Under the pieces are notes generated by a model. That model was not told the origin of the DNA. It searched no databases and saw only the letters and a program-made list of their open reading frames with translations. The position numbers were made by a program, and so were the translations under genes. From the IMG/VR virus record IMGVR_UViG_3300045988_183931, positions 6,965 through 70,964 of that record: DNA of 64,000 bases; one strand, written 5' to 3'. This stretch comes from a virus. Shown one piece after another: positions 8,856 through 18,026 of the stretch; position 1 is the first letter of the stretch, and each line of letters opens with the position of its first letter.

Positions 8856-9071
8856 GTGAAAGTAAAAAAGAAAATTCGTTACGCCGGCGAATGCTGCATT
8901 TGCCACGAACCCATTGAGGTTGGCGAAGAATATGTCGAGGCACCCTACGAAAACAAACAGTGTCATATCGACTGCATGGAGACAGAGCCGCTTAAAGCGG
9001 TTCTGTCTTTTTTCGGCATTCCGTCGTGTGTAACCAATTCTGAAGGAAAGGAGACAAGAATCTATGGGTAG
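8856..9071 (+). CDS. small Cys-rich (zinc-ribbon-like) protein (71 aa)
   Basis: GTG start after AAAGGAG. Motifs ECCICHEP and CHIDC. Overlaps the start of the MazF-like gene. Confidence 0.45.
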   Translation: MKVKKKIRYAGECCICHEPIEVGEEYVEAPYENKQCHIDCMETEPLKAVLSFFGIPSCVTNSEGKETRIYG

Positions 9072-9642
9072 AAATGGAAACATCCGCAGGGGCGATGTAT
9101 TTTGGGTCAATGCGAAAGAAATCGAAATCTTTTCCCCTTGGGCCCCGGAAGGAAGTCAGTTCCGCGATAAAGACGGACATCCTTCCAATAGCTCTGTTAT
9201 CAGAGGGCATCGTCCCGCAATCGTTGTATCTTCGGATGACCTGAACCGCTACAGCAGTGTAGTGGAGGTCGTATTTACGACATCATCTCCAAAGATGCAG
9301 CAGCCCTCCCATGTACTCATCACGAGCACGAGCCGCCCCAGCACAGCACTGTGCGAGCAGCCGATGGCAGTTTCTGTCAATGAGCTGGGAGCCTATATCT
9401 GCCACCTGACTGAAGCGGAGCTGGTAGACATCGACGCCGCGCTGTACTACAGCATGGGGCTAAGTGCTCGTGTGAACGACAATGATGATAATACATGGCG
9501 TGCGCGGTATGAAACCATGCACAGGGCATATTCCGAGATGCTTGTCCATGTTATGCGAATCATGGACAGCAACAACAAACGGGCCACACCGTACCCCGCA
9601 GCCACCGTTGGAAGAAGAAAGGAGCAAGCCGAAAATGAGTAA
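9064..9642 (+). CDS. MazF/PemK/EndoA-family endoribonuclease toxin-like protein with ~60-aa C-terminal extension
   Basis: The N-terminal ~130 aa align by eye to B. subtilis EndoA / E. coli MazF: RRGDVFWV, RPAIVVSSDDLNRYSSVVEVVFTTS, P.HV.I, ELVDIDAAL. No MazE-like gene is adjacent. Confidence 0.6.
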   Translation: MGRNGNIRRGDVFWVNAKEIEIFSPWAPEGSQFRDKDGHPSNSSVIRGHRPAIVVSSDDLNRYSSVVEVVFTTSSPKMQQPSHVLITSTSRPSTALCEQPMAVSVNELGAYICHLTEAELVDIDAALYYSMGLSARVNDNDDNTWRARYETMHRAYSEMLVHVMRIMDSNNKRATPYPAATVGRRKEQAENE

Positions 9643-9907
9643 TCCTATCTTCATCGTGTTTGCCTGTGACGCTTGGAAATCAACAGACTCTATGCGTCTG
9701 GTTTCTGCGACGACTTCCCGCGCAAAACTGAAGGAGCTTGTGGCAACCTGCGTCGAGTCCGAAACGTTTGAGTACGGCGAAGACTCCGTAGAGGCCGCTG
9801 CGACGCGGCTCCGCAAGGACTTTGATAGCGGATTAAGCATCTACGACATCAACAACAGCCTCAGATTCGGCATCATAACCGCTGCTGAGGACGGTGAGAT
9901 GTTGTAA
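9635..9907 (+). CDS. hypothetical protein (90 aa)
   Basis: RBS AAAGGAG, ATG 9635. Overlaps the end of the upstream gene. Confidence 0.45.
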   Translation: MSNPIFIVFACDAWKSTDSMRLVSATTSRAKLKELVATCVESETFEYGEDSVEAAATRLRKDFDSGLSIYDINNSLRFGIITAAEDGEML

Positions 9908-9928
9908 CGGAAGAAAGGAGATGTAAAA

Positions 9929-10888
9929 ATGGGATACACTATCATTGATGCCCGCTCATTCATCAAGACAACTCGTGGTATCATTCCCCTTGCCTTGGGC
10001 GGCAGCAATAACTGCTCCGAGTTTATCTACGACAGGAATTTCAAGCCGCGAGAGGTTCGCGAGCGCCACTGGTTCTTGCTGGGAGGAATCAATCTTCTGG
10101 AGCTTCCTGAGGACGAATTTGTGGCGAAGGTGAATACCACCTTCCCCGACAACGACGATGATTGCTGGATGATGAACAGCAAGTGGGTCACTTGCTCTCA
10201 GGCACGGAAATGGTTTGCTCGCGCCGCAAAGGATGCCGCCACGCTGGAGGACATCCTCGCCGCCAATCCCGGCGTCAACGACCTGAATGTAGGGCTGATG
10301 CCCTATACGTCCGGCGACCATCTGCTGTGGAGGTATGTCAGAACAACGGATGAGCTGGAAGTCTGGCTGGATGAGGCACGGGAACTGGTAAAAGAACACA
10401 AGGACCACTACATCTTCATGTCGTTCAGCGGAACACAGCGCGGCGAGCGCCTGCGACCTGCCAGAGCGCGGGATGTAAAGGGTCCGCTTGTCGTGCAAAA
10501 GCGCAACGCGGGCTATGTGCGTGCGTTTGATAATGTGAATGGAAGAATAACTGTGCATTTCACAAAGGATGTCAGAGATGCCATTCATTACCCGTCTGTG
10601 GAATCAGCTACGGCAGCGATGGGGGAGGTTATCAGCGTAATGGGACTTGAGTTCAAGACCGTAACGCGCAAGATGACGGCGCCTCGGCCCTATGTCGTTA
10701 TGTGTACGGAAAAGGCATACGCAGGGAAGTATGTGAAGAAATCCGTGAAGAACAACCTCCAGTACACGTCCTCCGTGGATGATGCTCAGAGGTTTATCAG
10801 TGAGAAAGACGCTGAGGCAAAGATTTCTTCCTTGCGAGGCAAATTTCTCAGCGCACAGTATCTCAAACCAGTTTACGTAGAAGCGTGA
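9929..10888 (+). CDS. hypothetical protein (319 aa)
   Basis: RBS GAAAGGAG then ATG. Last gene of cassette 1. Confidence 0.55.
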   Translation: MGYTIIDARSFIKTTRGIIPLALGGSNNCSEFIYDRNFKPREVRERHWFLLGGINLLELPEDEFVAKVNTTFPDNDDDCWMMNSKWVTCSQARKWFARAAKDAATLEDILAANPGVNDLNVGLMPYTSGDHLLWRYVRTTDELEVWLDEARELVKEHKDHYIFMSFSGTQRGERLRPARARDVKGPLVVQKRNAGYVRAFDNVNGRITVHFTKDVRDAIHYPSVESATAAMGEVISVMGLEFKTVTRKMTAPRPYVVMCTEKAYAGKYVKKSVKNNLQYTSSVDDAQRFISEKDAEAKISSLRGKFLSAQYLKPVYVEA

Positions 10889-10900
10889 ACAACAAGCCTA

Positions 10901-10933
10901 AAAAAAGAGCCGCTATGCGGCTCTTTTCTTTTG
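10901..10933 (+). terminator. intrinsic terminator
   Basis: Hairpin AGAGCCGCTATGCGGCTCT followed by TTTCTTTT. Confidence 0.7.
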
Positions 10934-10939
10934 CGTCGA

Positions 10940-11078
10940 AACCGTTGACATTATAAGGAAATGTGGTAGTATAGTAGTATAATTACGAAGATATTTTTAT
11001 AAGGAGCTTTGTCTCCGTTTTCAGTCACATCATCACATTCAAGACAGTTGTTCTCTTTTGAGAACGACTGTCTTTTTA
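10940..11078 (+). promoter_or_regulatory. conserved promoter-leader-attenuator module 2
   Basis: TTGACA 10945-10950, TGTGGTAGTAT, second TATAAT. GGAGCTTTGTCTCC hairpin. AGACAGTTGTTCTC-TTTT-GAGAACGACTGTCT + TTTTT (11042-11078). Confidence 0.6.
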
Positions 11079-11140
11079 TATATTCACTACATTTTTGTTC
11101 CCATAAGACCTTAACACAGGCTGGGAGAAAGGAGAAAAAT

Positions 11141-11893
11141 ATGGCATATATCTGCGAAAAGCCTGCTGGTTCCTGTGCGTTATGTGAGCACTATCGTTTC
11201 GATGAGGAAAAGGGACGAAAAGTGTGCTTTGCCGCTGTGGATAAGTGCGAGGCAGAAAAAAAAGCAGCCGAGCTGAAGGTCGTTGCGTCGAAATCCGGAT
11301 GTGATAAGGCAGAGAACACCTGCACCTCCTGTGAGAAGTATGTGTGGGACGACAAAGTGGCGCGTTACGTGTGTCTCGAAGGCGAGGATGCAGCGAGAAC
11401 TGCAACCCTTCCCAGCAGAAGATACGCGATGCTTTTTGTGAACCATTCCCCTATCGACGAAGGCTCTCTTGTGGATGTGTGTGCGTTGTCCTTCGACACA
11501 CTGGATGAGGCTCGTGAGGGCGTCGAGTTGGCAAAAAACGCGCACACACACGTCAGCAACCAGCTCAGAGGCAGACGAGGTCTTTTCCCGTTTGCTGGTG
11601 AAATGCTCTCCGATGAGGAGTGCCGCCGTGTGTTCGGCGCAAAGGTTCTCTGTGCGTCTTCCCTCTACTACACGGATGAGTACGATGCAAGCGTCAAGGC
11701 GAGAGCTTTTTCCTACCTCGCGGTAGAGACCGAAAATGCGCGGGATGTTATCCGGCGTCTTCTGCATCACAATTTGGACTGTGGCACCTGCCAGACCTTC
11801 GTTGATGAGGGTTGCGAAACCTATCACGACTGCCCCTACCACGGCGAGTGCGCCAAGTTGGGCGATGTCTGGGTAGAAAGAAAGGCGGTGTAA
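11141..11893 (+). CDS. Cys-rich hypothetical protein (250 aa)
   Basis: RBS GAAAGGAG, ATG 11141. Multiple CxxC pairs at both ends. Confidence 0.55.
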   Translation: MAYICEKPAGSCALCEHYRFDEEKGRKVCFAAVDKCEAEKKAAELKVVASKSGCDKAENTCTSCEKYVWDDKVARYVCLEGEDAARTATLPSRRYAMLFVNHSPIDEGSLVDVCALSFDTLDEAREGVELAKNAHTHVSNQLRGRRGLFPFAGEMLSDEECRRVFGAKVLCASSLYYTDEYDASVKARAFSYLAVETENARDVIRRLLHHNLDCGTCQTFVDEGCETYHDCPYHGECAKLGDVWVERKAV

Positions 11894-11895
11894 GA

Positions 11896-12228
11896 ATGTT
11901 GCTTTCTGTAAAGCTGAAAAACGGACTTACCTCTCTGGCAGAACAGATGGGCATGGACATTACCACGCACCTGAAGAACATCACAGTCAACGGACAGAAG
12001 CGCGGCTGCTCTGGCTTCGTGACTTGCGGAGAGAGTTGCGTCTATGTAACAACCGAGCACTCTTGCTATGGACCTATTTCCGACAAATCCATGTGCCGCT
12101 ATGCCAAGAATACAGAGGATTTCTCCAGCAACGGTCTGAAAAACGGCTATAACCAGTTTGTGGCCGACGATTTATTGGCCGCAAAAGTCATTTCCATGCT
12201 CAAAAACGGCAAAGGCATCCCCCGCTGA
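11896..12228 (+). CDS. hypothetical protein (110 aa)
   Basis: ATG 11896, 3 nt after the upstream stop. Weak RBS. Confidence 0.4.
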   Translation: MLLSVKLKNGLTSLAEQMGMDITTHLKNITVNGQKRGCSGFVTCGESCVYVTTEHSCYGPISDKSMCRYAKNTEDFSSNGLKNGYNQFVADDLLAAKVISMLKNGKGIPR

Positions 12229-12256
12229 GGGGGATGCCGGCAGAAAGGAGGCTCCC

Positions 12257-12808
12257 GTGAGGAAGGACTACATTAGATTTCCCGCAAGGATGAAACAGCT
12301 CGTCAGCTTCACGGGCATGACTATTGAAAACAAGGGTAACTGTTATCCTACCGACATCGACGGACTCATTGAGTATCACGACAAGGGGTATGTTTTCTTT
12401 GAGGTAAAGCATCGTAATGCCGCAATGCCTTATGGTCAGAGACTCGCGCTCCAGCGCATGGTGGAGGATGCTTCCAGAATTGGAAAGACATCTATCGCCA
12501 TCGTGTGTGAACATACGGTAGACAATCCCCTCATTCCCGTCACAGTTGCAACGTGCCGGGTCAGGGAAATCTACTATTCTAAGGAGCATCGTTGGCGGGC
12601 GCCAAAATACCCCACAATGACCGTGAGACAAGCGGTAGATGGGTTTCTCTACACGCCAAGCGTTCAGCAATACAGAACGCCCTCTGGCGGCATTAGCACC
12701 CTCGTGGTGGCTCAGGTAGCGAGAGGAGGGGCTATCCCCTTCCCTCCCGCCTACCCAGCCGCGCAGAGCTTCGGTGCCGTGCCTGATACACTGAGGCAGA
12801 GCAGTTGA
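12257..12808 (+). CDS. hypothetical protein (~183 aa)
   Basis: GTG 12257 after GAAAGGAGG. An alternative ATG lies at 12293. Confidence 0.45.
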   Translation: MRKDYIRFPARMKQLVSFTGMTIENKGNCYPTDIDGLIEYHDKGYVFFEVKHRNAAMPYGQRLALQRMVEDASRIGKTSIAIVCEHTVDNPLIPVTVATCRVREIYYSKEHRWRAPKYPTMTVRQAVDGFLYTPSVQQYRTPSGGISTLVVAQVARGGAIPFPPAYPAAQSFGAVPDTLRQSS

Positions 12809-12838
12809 AATCCGCAAAAAAAAAGAAAGGAGAGTAAC

Positions 12839-13291
12839 ATGGGAAGAAACAAAGTTTTGTCCCGCGATGAGGTCGTAAAAAGCCTGAAGAAGCAGCTCAC
12901 CGAGTATGACATTACCGACATCCCAACGGACGCAATTCGACATTTGCAGATGGCGAGAATTATCTGCGAGTGCAATTATGTGTTCCTCGATGATGTTATC
13001 GAGACTCTGGTAAATTGGCTGAAAATGGATACCGGTGAAATTCCCAAGGGTGCGGTATCGCTCCTGCAGGATGCACTGGATGCCTGTCGCGGAACTTCAC
13101 CACATAAGCGGCGCAAAGTAAGCAAAGAAGGTTCCGGTACGCCGTCGGAAGTGTTCGACGAGTTCCTGTTCCTTGGAGATGTTACCGGATTGCTCGGCGA
13201 ATGGTTTGACATGGACACTCAGGATATTCCTGAGGCGGCGTTGGCTGCGCTGCATAAGGTCTACGACCTTTGTTGTCAGGAATATGAGTGA
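12839..13291 (+). CDS. hypothetical protein (150 aa)
   Basis: RBS AAAGGAGAG then ATG. Confidence 0.5.
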   Translation: MGRNKVLSRDEVVKSLKKQLTEYDITDIPTDAIRHLQMARIICECNYVFLDDVIETLVNWLKMDTGEIPKGAVSLLQDALDACRGTSPHKRRKVSKEGSGTPSEVFDEFLFLGDVTGLLGEWFDMDTQDIPEAALAALHKVYDLCCQEYE

Positions 13292-13318
13292 CCCCCCGGA
13301 AAAGAAAGGAGAAAACAT

Positions 13319-14056
13319 ATGCCCAGAAAGGAACCTTATGAGCGGCGAATCTGCCTCTCACATTGTCCTGTCAAAGAGTGCGACACAGACATCTATCGTG
13401 GCTCTCGTTGCAAGGAACTGCGCGAGAAAGCCGGCATCCATTTTGACCCCGATGCCTTTAAGGACAAAAAGCCTAAGCCCATTATTTTCAACGGAGAGAT
13501 GGTTCGAGCCATCCGGGAGGGTCGCAAGACAGTGACTCGCCGTGGTGCATTCCACTTCGCAGGAAAGAGAGCGGATGGACTGTATCGCGACGGAGACGGA
13601 CGTCTCGTGGCCGCTTTCGCTGATGAGAATACCGTCATTCGCAGCTTTCGCGCCCCGTTTGATAAGGGCGATATCCTGTATGTCCGTGAGACGACTTGTG
13701 CCTGCGATTTCAACCGCTGGCTCTACAAGGCCGATTATTCGGATGAGGATTTGAAAAATTCCCCTGAGGTGAGTTCCCTCATTCACTGGACACCGTCCAT
13801 TCATATGCCCAAAGATGCGGCACGCATTTTCCTGCGTGTGACGGATGTGCGGTTGGAACATTTGAATGACATGAAGGACGAGGACTTCACTAAGGAGGGC
13901 ATCACCTGTGACAGTACCTCCGGCGAGAACACCATGTCCCTTCAGGAGAAGTTTATCGAGCTGTGGGACAGCACGATTCCCGAACACAAGGCCCTGTCAA
14001 AGTGGGCCGGAAACCCGTGGGTATGGGTCATTGAGTTCGAGGAGGTGCAGTTCTGA
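13319..14056 (+). CDS. ASCH/PUA-like domain protein (phage-associated family), tentative
   Basis: Motif EMVRAIREGRKTVTRR resembles the phage ASCH signature (..MVRAIL.GRKTQTRR). RBS GAAAGGAG. Confidence 0.4.
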   Translation: MPRKEPYERRICLSHCPVKECDTDIYRGSRCKELREKAGIHFDPDAFKDKKPKPIIFNGEMVRAIREGRKTVTRRGAFHFAGKRADGLYRDGDGRLVAAFADENTVIRSFRAPFDKGDILYVRETTCACDFNRWLYKADYSDEDLKNSPEVSSLIHWTPSIHMPKDAARIFLRVTDVRLEHLNDMKDEDFTKEGITCDSTSGENTMSLQEKFIELWDSTIPEHKALSKWAGNPWVWVIEFEEVQF

Positions 14057-14355
14057 TGGCGACGGATTACCATGCAGTGATTCAGGAGAATATCCAAAAG
14101 CAGAACGGCACCTACGAGTCCAATGCAAACCCGTTTGGCATCTGCGGCACTTGTGGCTACGAGCTTGAACCGAGCTACTTCGTGGATGAGGAAGAAATCA
14201 TCCAGCATGGGGTGCGTTTCAAGACCGGTCGTATTCGGCGGGCTGTGGACTGTCTCGTCTGTCCTAACTGTCTCAGAACAGAGTGTGTGGACGACAGCTT
14301 CGACGGTCCTTGGATGGATAAAGCCCAGTGGAAAAAGCTCCACGGGATACATTAA
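14056..14355 (+). CDS. zinc-ribbon protein (99 aa)
   Basis: CGTCGYELEP ... CLVCPNCLRTEC. TGATG overlap with the upstream gene. Confidence 0.45.
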   Translation: MATDYHAVIQENIQKQNGTYESNANPFGICGTCGYELEPSYFVDEEEIIQHGVRFKTGRIRRAVDCLVCPNCLRTECVDDSFDGPWMDKAQWKKLHGIH

Positions 14356-14373
14356 AAAATGAAAGGAGAAAAA

Positions 14374-14877
14374 ATGAAAGAAATTTTGTTTCGCGGCCAG
14401 ATTCGGCGGCATGGCGAGAAAGTTCGCATGGCAACCGGAGCACCCCTGCCGGGAATTTGGGTTTACGGGGGCGCCGCACGTCCCCATAATAGCCCGAAGG
14501 ACTTCGCCATCATCTACACGTACTTGTCCGACACGGCTGAAAGCCGCGACGTTTGCGGTGTCTATGCGGATACCGTAACGCAGTACACCGGCATCATCGA
14601 CAAGGACGGCGCTAAGGTGTTCGAAGGAGACATCGTGGAGACCTTTGAAGGATTCCGCCCCACTCCTCTCTTCAACGAGAACACGGTTGTGTTCCGAAAT
14701 GGTTCCTTTGGACTGCTGGTTAGTGAGTCTTTGAAAACAAAAACGGCAGCAGAGCTGATGGACGAGGCTTACGACAACGGACATTTTGTTCCGTTTTGTA
14801 AGCTGCTCGGCACCGAAATCCGTGTTGTTGGCAACATCTTTGATGGTATCGCCGATAAGACTGCAAAGAACGAATAA
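14374..14877 (+). CDS. YopX-family phage protein
   Basis: N-terminus MKEILFRGQ..GIWVYGG and the QYTGIIDKDGAKVFEGDIVE motif are characteristic of the YopX family (SPbeta YopX-like). RBS GAAAGGAG. Confidence 0.6.
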   Translation: MKEILFRGQIRRHGEKVRMATGAPLPGIWVYGGAARPHNSPKDFAIIYTYLSDTAESRDVCGVYADTVTQYTGIIDKDGAKVFEGDIVETFEGFRPTPLFNENTVVFRNGSFGLLVSESLKTKTAAELMDEAYDNGHFVPFCKLLGTEIRVVGNIFDGIADKTAKNE

Positions 14878-14887
14878 CCTTAACTTA

Positions 14888-14919
14888 AAAAGAAGCTCTT
14901 TCGGGAGCTTCTTTTTTTG
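14888..14919 (+). terminator. intrinsic terminator
   Basis: GAAGCTCTTTCGGGAGCTTC + TTTTTTT. Nearly identical to the terminator at 20822. Confidence 0.7.
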
Positions 14920-14925
14920 TACCGT

Positions 14926-15064
14926 TTCCGTTGACATTATAAAGAATTGTGGTAGTATAGTAGTATAATTACGAAGATATTTTTATAAGGAGATTTATCT
15001 CCGTTTTCAGTCACATCATCATATTCAAGACAGTTGTTCTCATTTGGGAACGACTGTCTTTTTA
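14926..15064 (+). promoter_or_regulatory. conserved promoter-leader-attenuator module 3
   Basis: TTGACA 14931-14936, TGTGGTAGTAT, second TATAAT. GGAGATTTATCTCC. AGACAGTTGTTCTC..GAACGACTGTCT + TTTTT (15028-15064). Confidence 0.6.
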
Positions 15065-15101
15065 TATATTCAGAACAAGTAAAAACGAAAGGAGAAAACG
15101 C

Positions 15102-15278
15102 ATGAAACAAAAGGAGCTTACCAAGTACGAGTGCGATACACACCCGTCTATCCATTATACAGGCAGCGTGCGCGGTATGAAAGCAAGCGGCCTGTGGGGA
15201 AAGAACGACGAATGTGTGCGTTGTGGTAATTATATCTACAACCTGTCTATCACACTTGGGCCTTACAAGCAGAATTAG
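15102..15278 (+). CDS. small Cys-containing protein (58 aa)
   Basis: RBS GAAAGGAG, ATG 15102. ECDTH and ECVRCGNY. Not in the supplied ORF track (<60 aa). Confidence 0.4.
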   Translation: MKQKELTKYECDTHPSIHYTGSVRGMKASGLWGKNDECVRCGNYIYNLSITLGPYKQN

Positions 15279-15293
15279 GGAAAGGAGAAAAAA

Positions 15294-15602
15294 ATGGATA
15301 CATCTTCGCTGCACTTTGTTGACAGCACATTGTCTCAGTATCGGAACGAGTTGTTGTTCCACCCTCGCAAGAAGTTGCCCGCAAAAGACGTCAACGACGC
15401 TCTGAGGCGGCTGCTGGAAATAACGGGAGTACAGGGAAAGGTCAGGGACACCCTGACTACCCACCTGAACGACAGGTGCGGATATGCCCGCGATTTGAGT
15501 AAGCCTACGCCCTCAATCGCACAGGTCATCTCCGCTATGGAATTCGCGTTGCAGTCGGCTTATGCCGACCGGCCTGTTATGGAAGGGGGTGCAAGAGCAT
15601 GA
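15294..15602 (+). CDS. hypothetical protein (102 aa)
   Basis: RBS GAAAGGAG. Confidence 0.5.
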   Translation: MDTSSLHFVDSTLSQYRNELLFHPRKKLPAKDVNDALRRLLEITGVQGKVRDTLTTHLNDRCGYARDLSKPTPSIAQVISAMEFALQSAYADRPVMEGGARA

Positions 15603-15808
15603 GTAAGCATCGCTGGACAATCGAAGAGCTGAAGAGCGTCAATGACGCTCAGTTCGCTATGGCGATTCTGATGGAACGCCGCAGTGAGTTATCGAATCCC
15701 TACACCCCGTTCGCACAGCGCCTTACCAGCGTCATCAATACGCTGACGGACATGGCTGTGGATGGCGGGCTGACAGACGAAGAAAGGAGTAAGAACAATG
15801 GCCACTGA
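15599..15808 (+). CDS. hypothetical protein (69 aa)
   Basis: Translationally coupled (ATGA overlap). Confidence 0.4.
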   Translation: MSKHRWTIEELKSVNDAQFAMAILMERRSELSNPYTPFAQRLTSVINTLTDMAVDGGLTDEERSKNNGH

Positions 15809-16166
15809 GATGAGACTCTACCGCGTACCTATTATCGGTAGTAATGCCGAACGGCGGCACGGAAAGGTGGTGGATGAGGTCACGGTCAAGGTTGGAACCA
15901 AGTGGCTGACAGACAATAGAGACTGTCGATACTACAAGGCTCCTTCCGAAGATGCGAACAGAAATCCCTACTTCCAGCAGAACTCCATGTACTGGAGTAC
16001 AGATTACCGGCTGTATCAGACGGAACAGGCTGCCAAGGACTATCACCGGCAGGCGGAATTGCTCATGGCTCTTCGCAGAGCCGTTGGCGACTTCGGCTTC
16101 AACGCCCCGTTGACCGTGTTGGAGAAGGTCATGGACATTCTCAAGGAAGGCGGGTGCCTGAAATGA
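15798..16166 (+). CDS. hypothetical protein (122 aa)
   Basis: Overlapping start. RBS AGGAGTAAG. Confidence 0.45.
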   Translation: MATEMRLYRVPIIGSNAERRHGKVVDEVTVKVGTKWLTDNRDCRYYKAPSEDANRNPYFQQNSMYWSTDYRLYQTEQAAKDYHRQAELLMALRRAVGDFGFNAPLTVLEKVMDILKEGGCLK

Positions 16167-16942
16167 GCACAAAAATCTTTGATGCTTGGCGCATCAACTC
16201 TACCGACATCGGGGAGTTGGTCAAGCTCGGCAGTGAGATTCGGGAAGTGCAGCAGAAGTCCTTTGTGGACGCTGTCTACAACTCGCTCGATTTCTGTCAG
16301 CTCGCCATCATCTTCGCCAAGAAGTCTGTAGAGGATATTGAGGAGCTCAGACCTGTTTTTGCTTCAATCGCCGCAAACGTCGTCCATAAGTGTGTTCTGA
16401 TGTACGACTGGACGCCGTCTTTTACGATGACGGATAGCGCCAAAAGCTCTGCGGAACAGATTCTGCAGAAGGAGGCGCAGAAACGGAAGATTTCATTGAC
16501 AGTAGAGCAGAAGAGAAATCTGCTCGACGTTATCACTGAAATCTACGAAATCGTCTCCCGTGATTGGCAGGCGTCACTGCTGTTCCTCAGGGGCGATAAT
16601 GGCAGTACCTACATGAAAGGGTTCAATCTCACCAGAGAAGCGGCCCATTTCATCGACTCCCAATATCCCCGCTTTGAGTACACCGACCAGACGGAGATGA
16701 ATATTTCAGACTTCAACGAGTACACACGGCAGTACATTGGCGCTGCAAAGACGGAAGAAGAACGCTATGAGAGGCTCTTGGAGGCCCAGCACGAACGTGG
16801 AGAACTGTGGGACAAAGCATTCGCAGGCCATAGTGTATGGCGTGATGCCGGTCTCTCCATCTCCCTTGTGCCGGCACAGCTTCAGGAACAGTTCGTGGCT
16901 ATTCACTCTATCTGCAAAAAGGTGTTCGGCGCCGAAGCCTAA
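16154..16942 (+). CDS. hypothetical protein (262 aa)
   Basis: ATGA overlap with the upstream gene. Confidence 0.5.
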   Translation: MPEMSTKIFDAWRINSTDIGELVKLGSEIREVQQKSFVDAVYNSLDFCQLAIIFAKKSVEDIEELRPVFASIAANVVHKCVLMYDWTPSFTMTDSAKSSAEQILQKEAQKRKISLTVEQKRNLLDVITEIYEIVSRDWQASLLFLRGDNGSTYMKGFNLTREAAHFIDSQYPRFEYTDQTEMNISDFNEYTRQYIGAAKTEEERYERLLEAQHERGELWDKAFAGHSVWRDAGLSISLVPAQLQEQFVAIHSICKKVFGAEA

Positions 16943-16964
16943 CGAAAAAAGAAAGGAGAAAATC

Positions 16965-17606
16965 ATGGAGAATAACCAAAAAAACGCTGCGGAGGTCCAG
17001 ACCAGTGTTCCTGACCTGCTTCCGGCCAACTACCGCGAAAAGGCAGAAGCGTTGGGCTGGGTCATCGACGAGGACAAGGTCTGTGGTGTGTTCACGTTCA
17101 GACAGGGGTCGCCTGCCGGCGAGGACTACTCCTTCGACCTGTACGCCGACGATGATTTCGGCGATGGAGTAGCCGCTGCTGTGCGCCGCGTCTACGAGGA
17201 CTTCGACGTTGACGAGCACGTCGCTCTGTTTGCGGAGGCTTCCGTAAAGGGCACGTCAGGCGTTCCGAAACTGTCAGTGCTTGTCGAGGACGCCAAGGAA
17301 ATCAATGAGATGCTTCTCACACTCGCCGAAGCGTTTGAAGACATCGAATCTGGTGCATCAGAGCGGGAGCAGAAGGTGTATACCCGCTGCTGCCCCAACT
17401 GTGGTGGCGTATCTTTCTCTGGTCATCAGGTCCTCCGCATTGATGTGTTGGTTGACATCGAAACGGGAGATTTCCTCGGAAATATCAACGACGAAATCGA
17501 ATCTAACATCTACGAGTCGTCTGACCCCTACGGTCCATATCACTGCATGACCTGCGGATTTGAATGTGACAACCTTTCCGAGCTGGAAAAGAGCGAGGTG
17601 GAGTAA
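16965..17606 (+). CDS. acidic hypothetical protein with C-terminal CxxC..CxxC (213 aa)
   Basis: RBS GAAAGGAG, ATG 16965. CCPNCGG ... CMTCGFEC. Confidence 0.5.
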   Translation: MENNQKNAAEVQTSVPDLLPANYREKAEALGWVIDEDKVCGVFTFRQGSPAGEDYSFDLYADDDFGDGVAAAVRRVYEDFDVDEHVALFAEASVKGTSGVPKLSVLVEDAKEINEMLLTLAEAFEDIESGASEREQKVYTRCCPNCGGVSFSGHQVLRIDVLVDIETGDFLGNINDEIESNIYESSDPYGPYHCMTCGFECDNLSELEKSEVE

Positions 17607-17611
17607 CTCTA

Positions 17612-17773
17612 ATGTCGATTATTCTTTACTTCGCTCTGACCATTCTCGTGATGTGCGGCATATTCCTTGGCATAAGGAGACTGGACACACAGGACCTCTT
17701 GCCGCCAATCGTCTGCAGCGTTTCTGTGGGCGTTATTATGGTGGAACTGTTCGCACTTGTTCGGTGGTATTAA
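17612..17773 (+). CDS. small hydrophobic peptide (53 aa, 2 TM-like segments)
   Basis: RBS GAGGTGGAG then ATG. Very hydrophobic. Confidence 0.35.
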   Translation: MSIILYFALTILVMCGIFLGIRRLDTQDLLPPIVCSVSVGVIMVELFALVRWY

Positions 17774-17793
17774 CGGAGAAGGACGTGTTCAAA

Positions 17794-17961
17794 ATGCTGA
17801 CGAACCCCTTGTTTATAGCCTATGTCGTTCTCATCATCGCCGCAATGGTCGTCTCAGTCATAGCCGCAAAAAAATCAGACCAGCCAGAAATGCTTCCGGC
17901 TGCCTTTGGTACTATTGCGCTCACCATTGTTTTGGTTATTGTGGCGGTCATAACCGGTTAA
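17794..17961 (+). CDS. small hydrophobic peptide (55 aa)
   Basis: RBS GGAGAAGGA then ATG. Two hydrophobic stretches. Confidence 0.35.
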   Translation: MLTNPLFIAYVVLIIAAMVVSVIAAKKSDQPEMLPAAFGTIALTIVLVIVAVITG

Positions 17962-18026
17962 ATCAAAGCCAGCGGGAGAGGCACTCTGCCTCTCCCCTGC
18001 TTTCCCAAAAAAGAAAGGAGAAAAAT

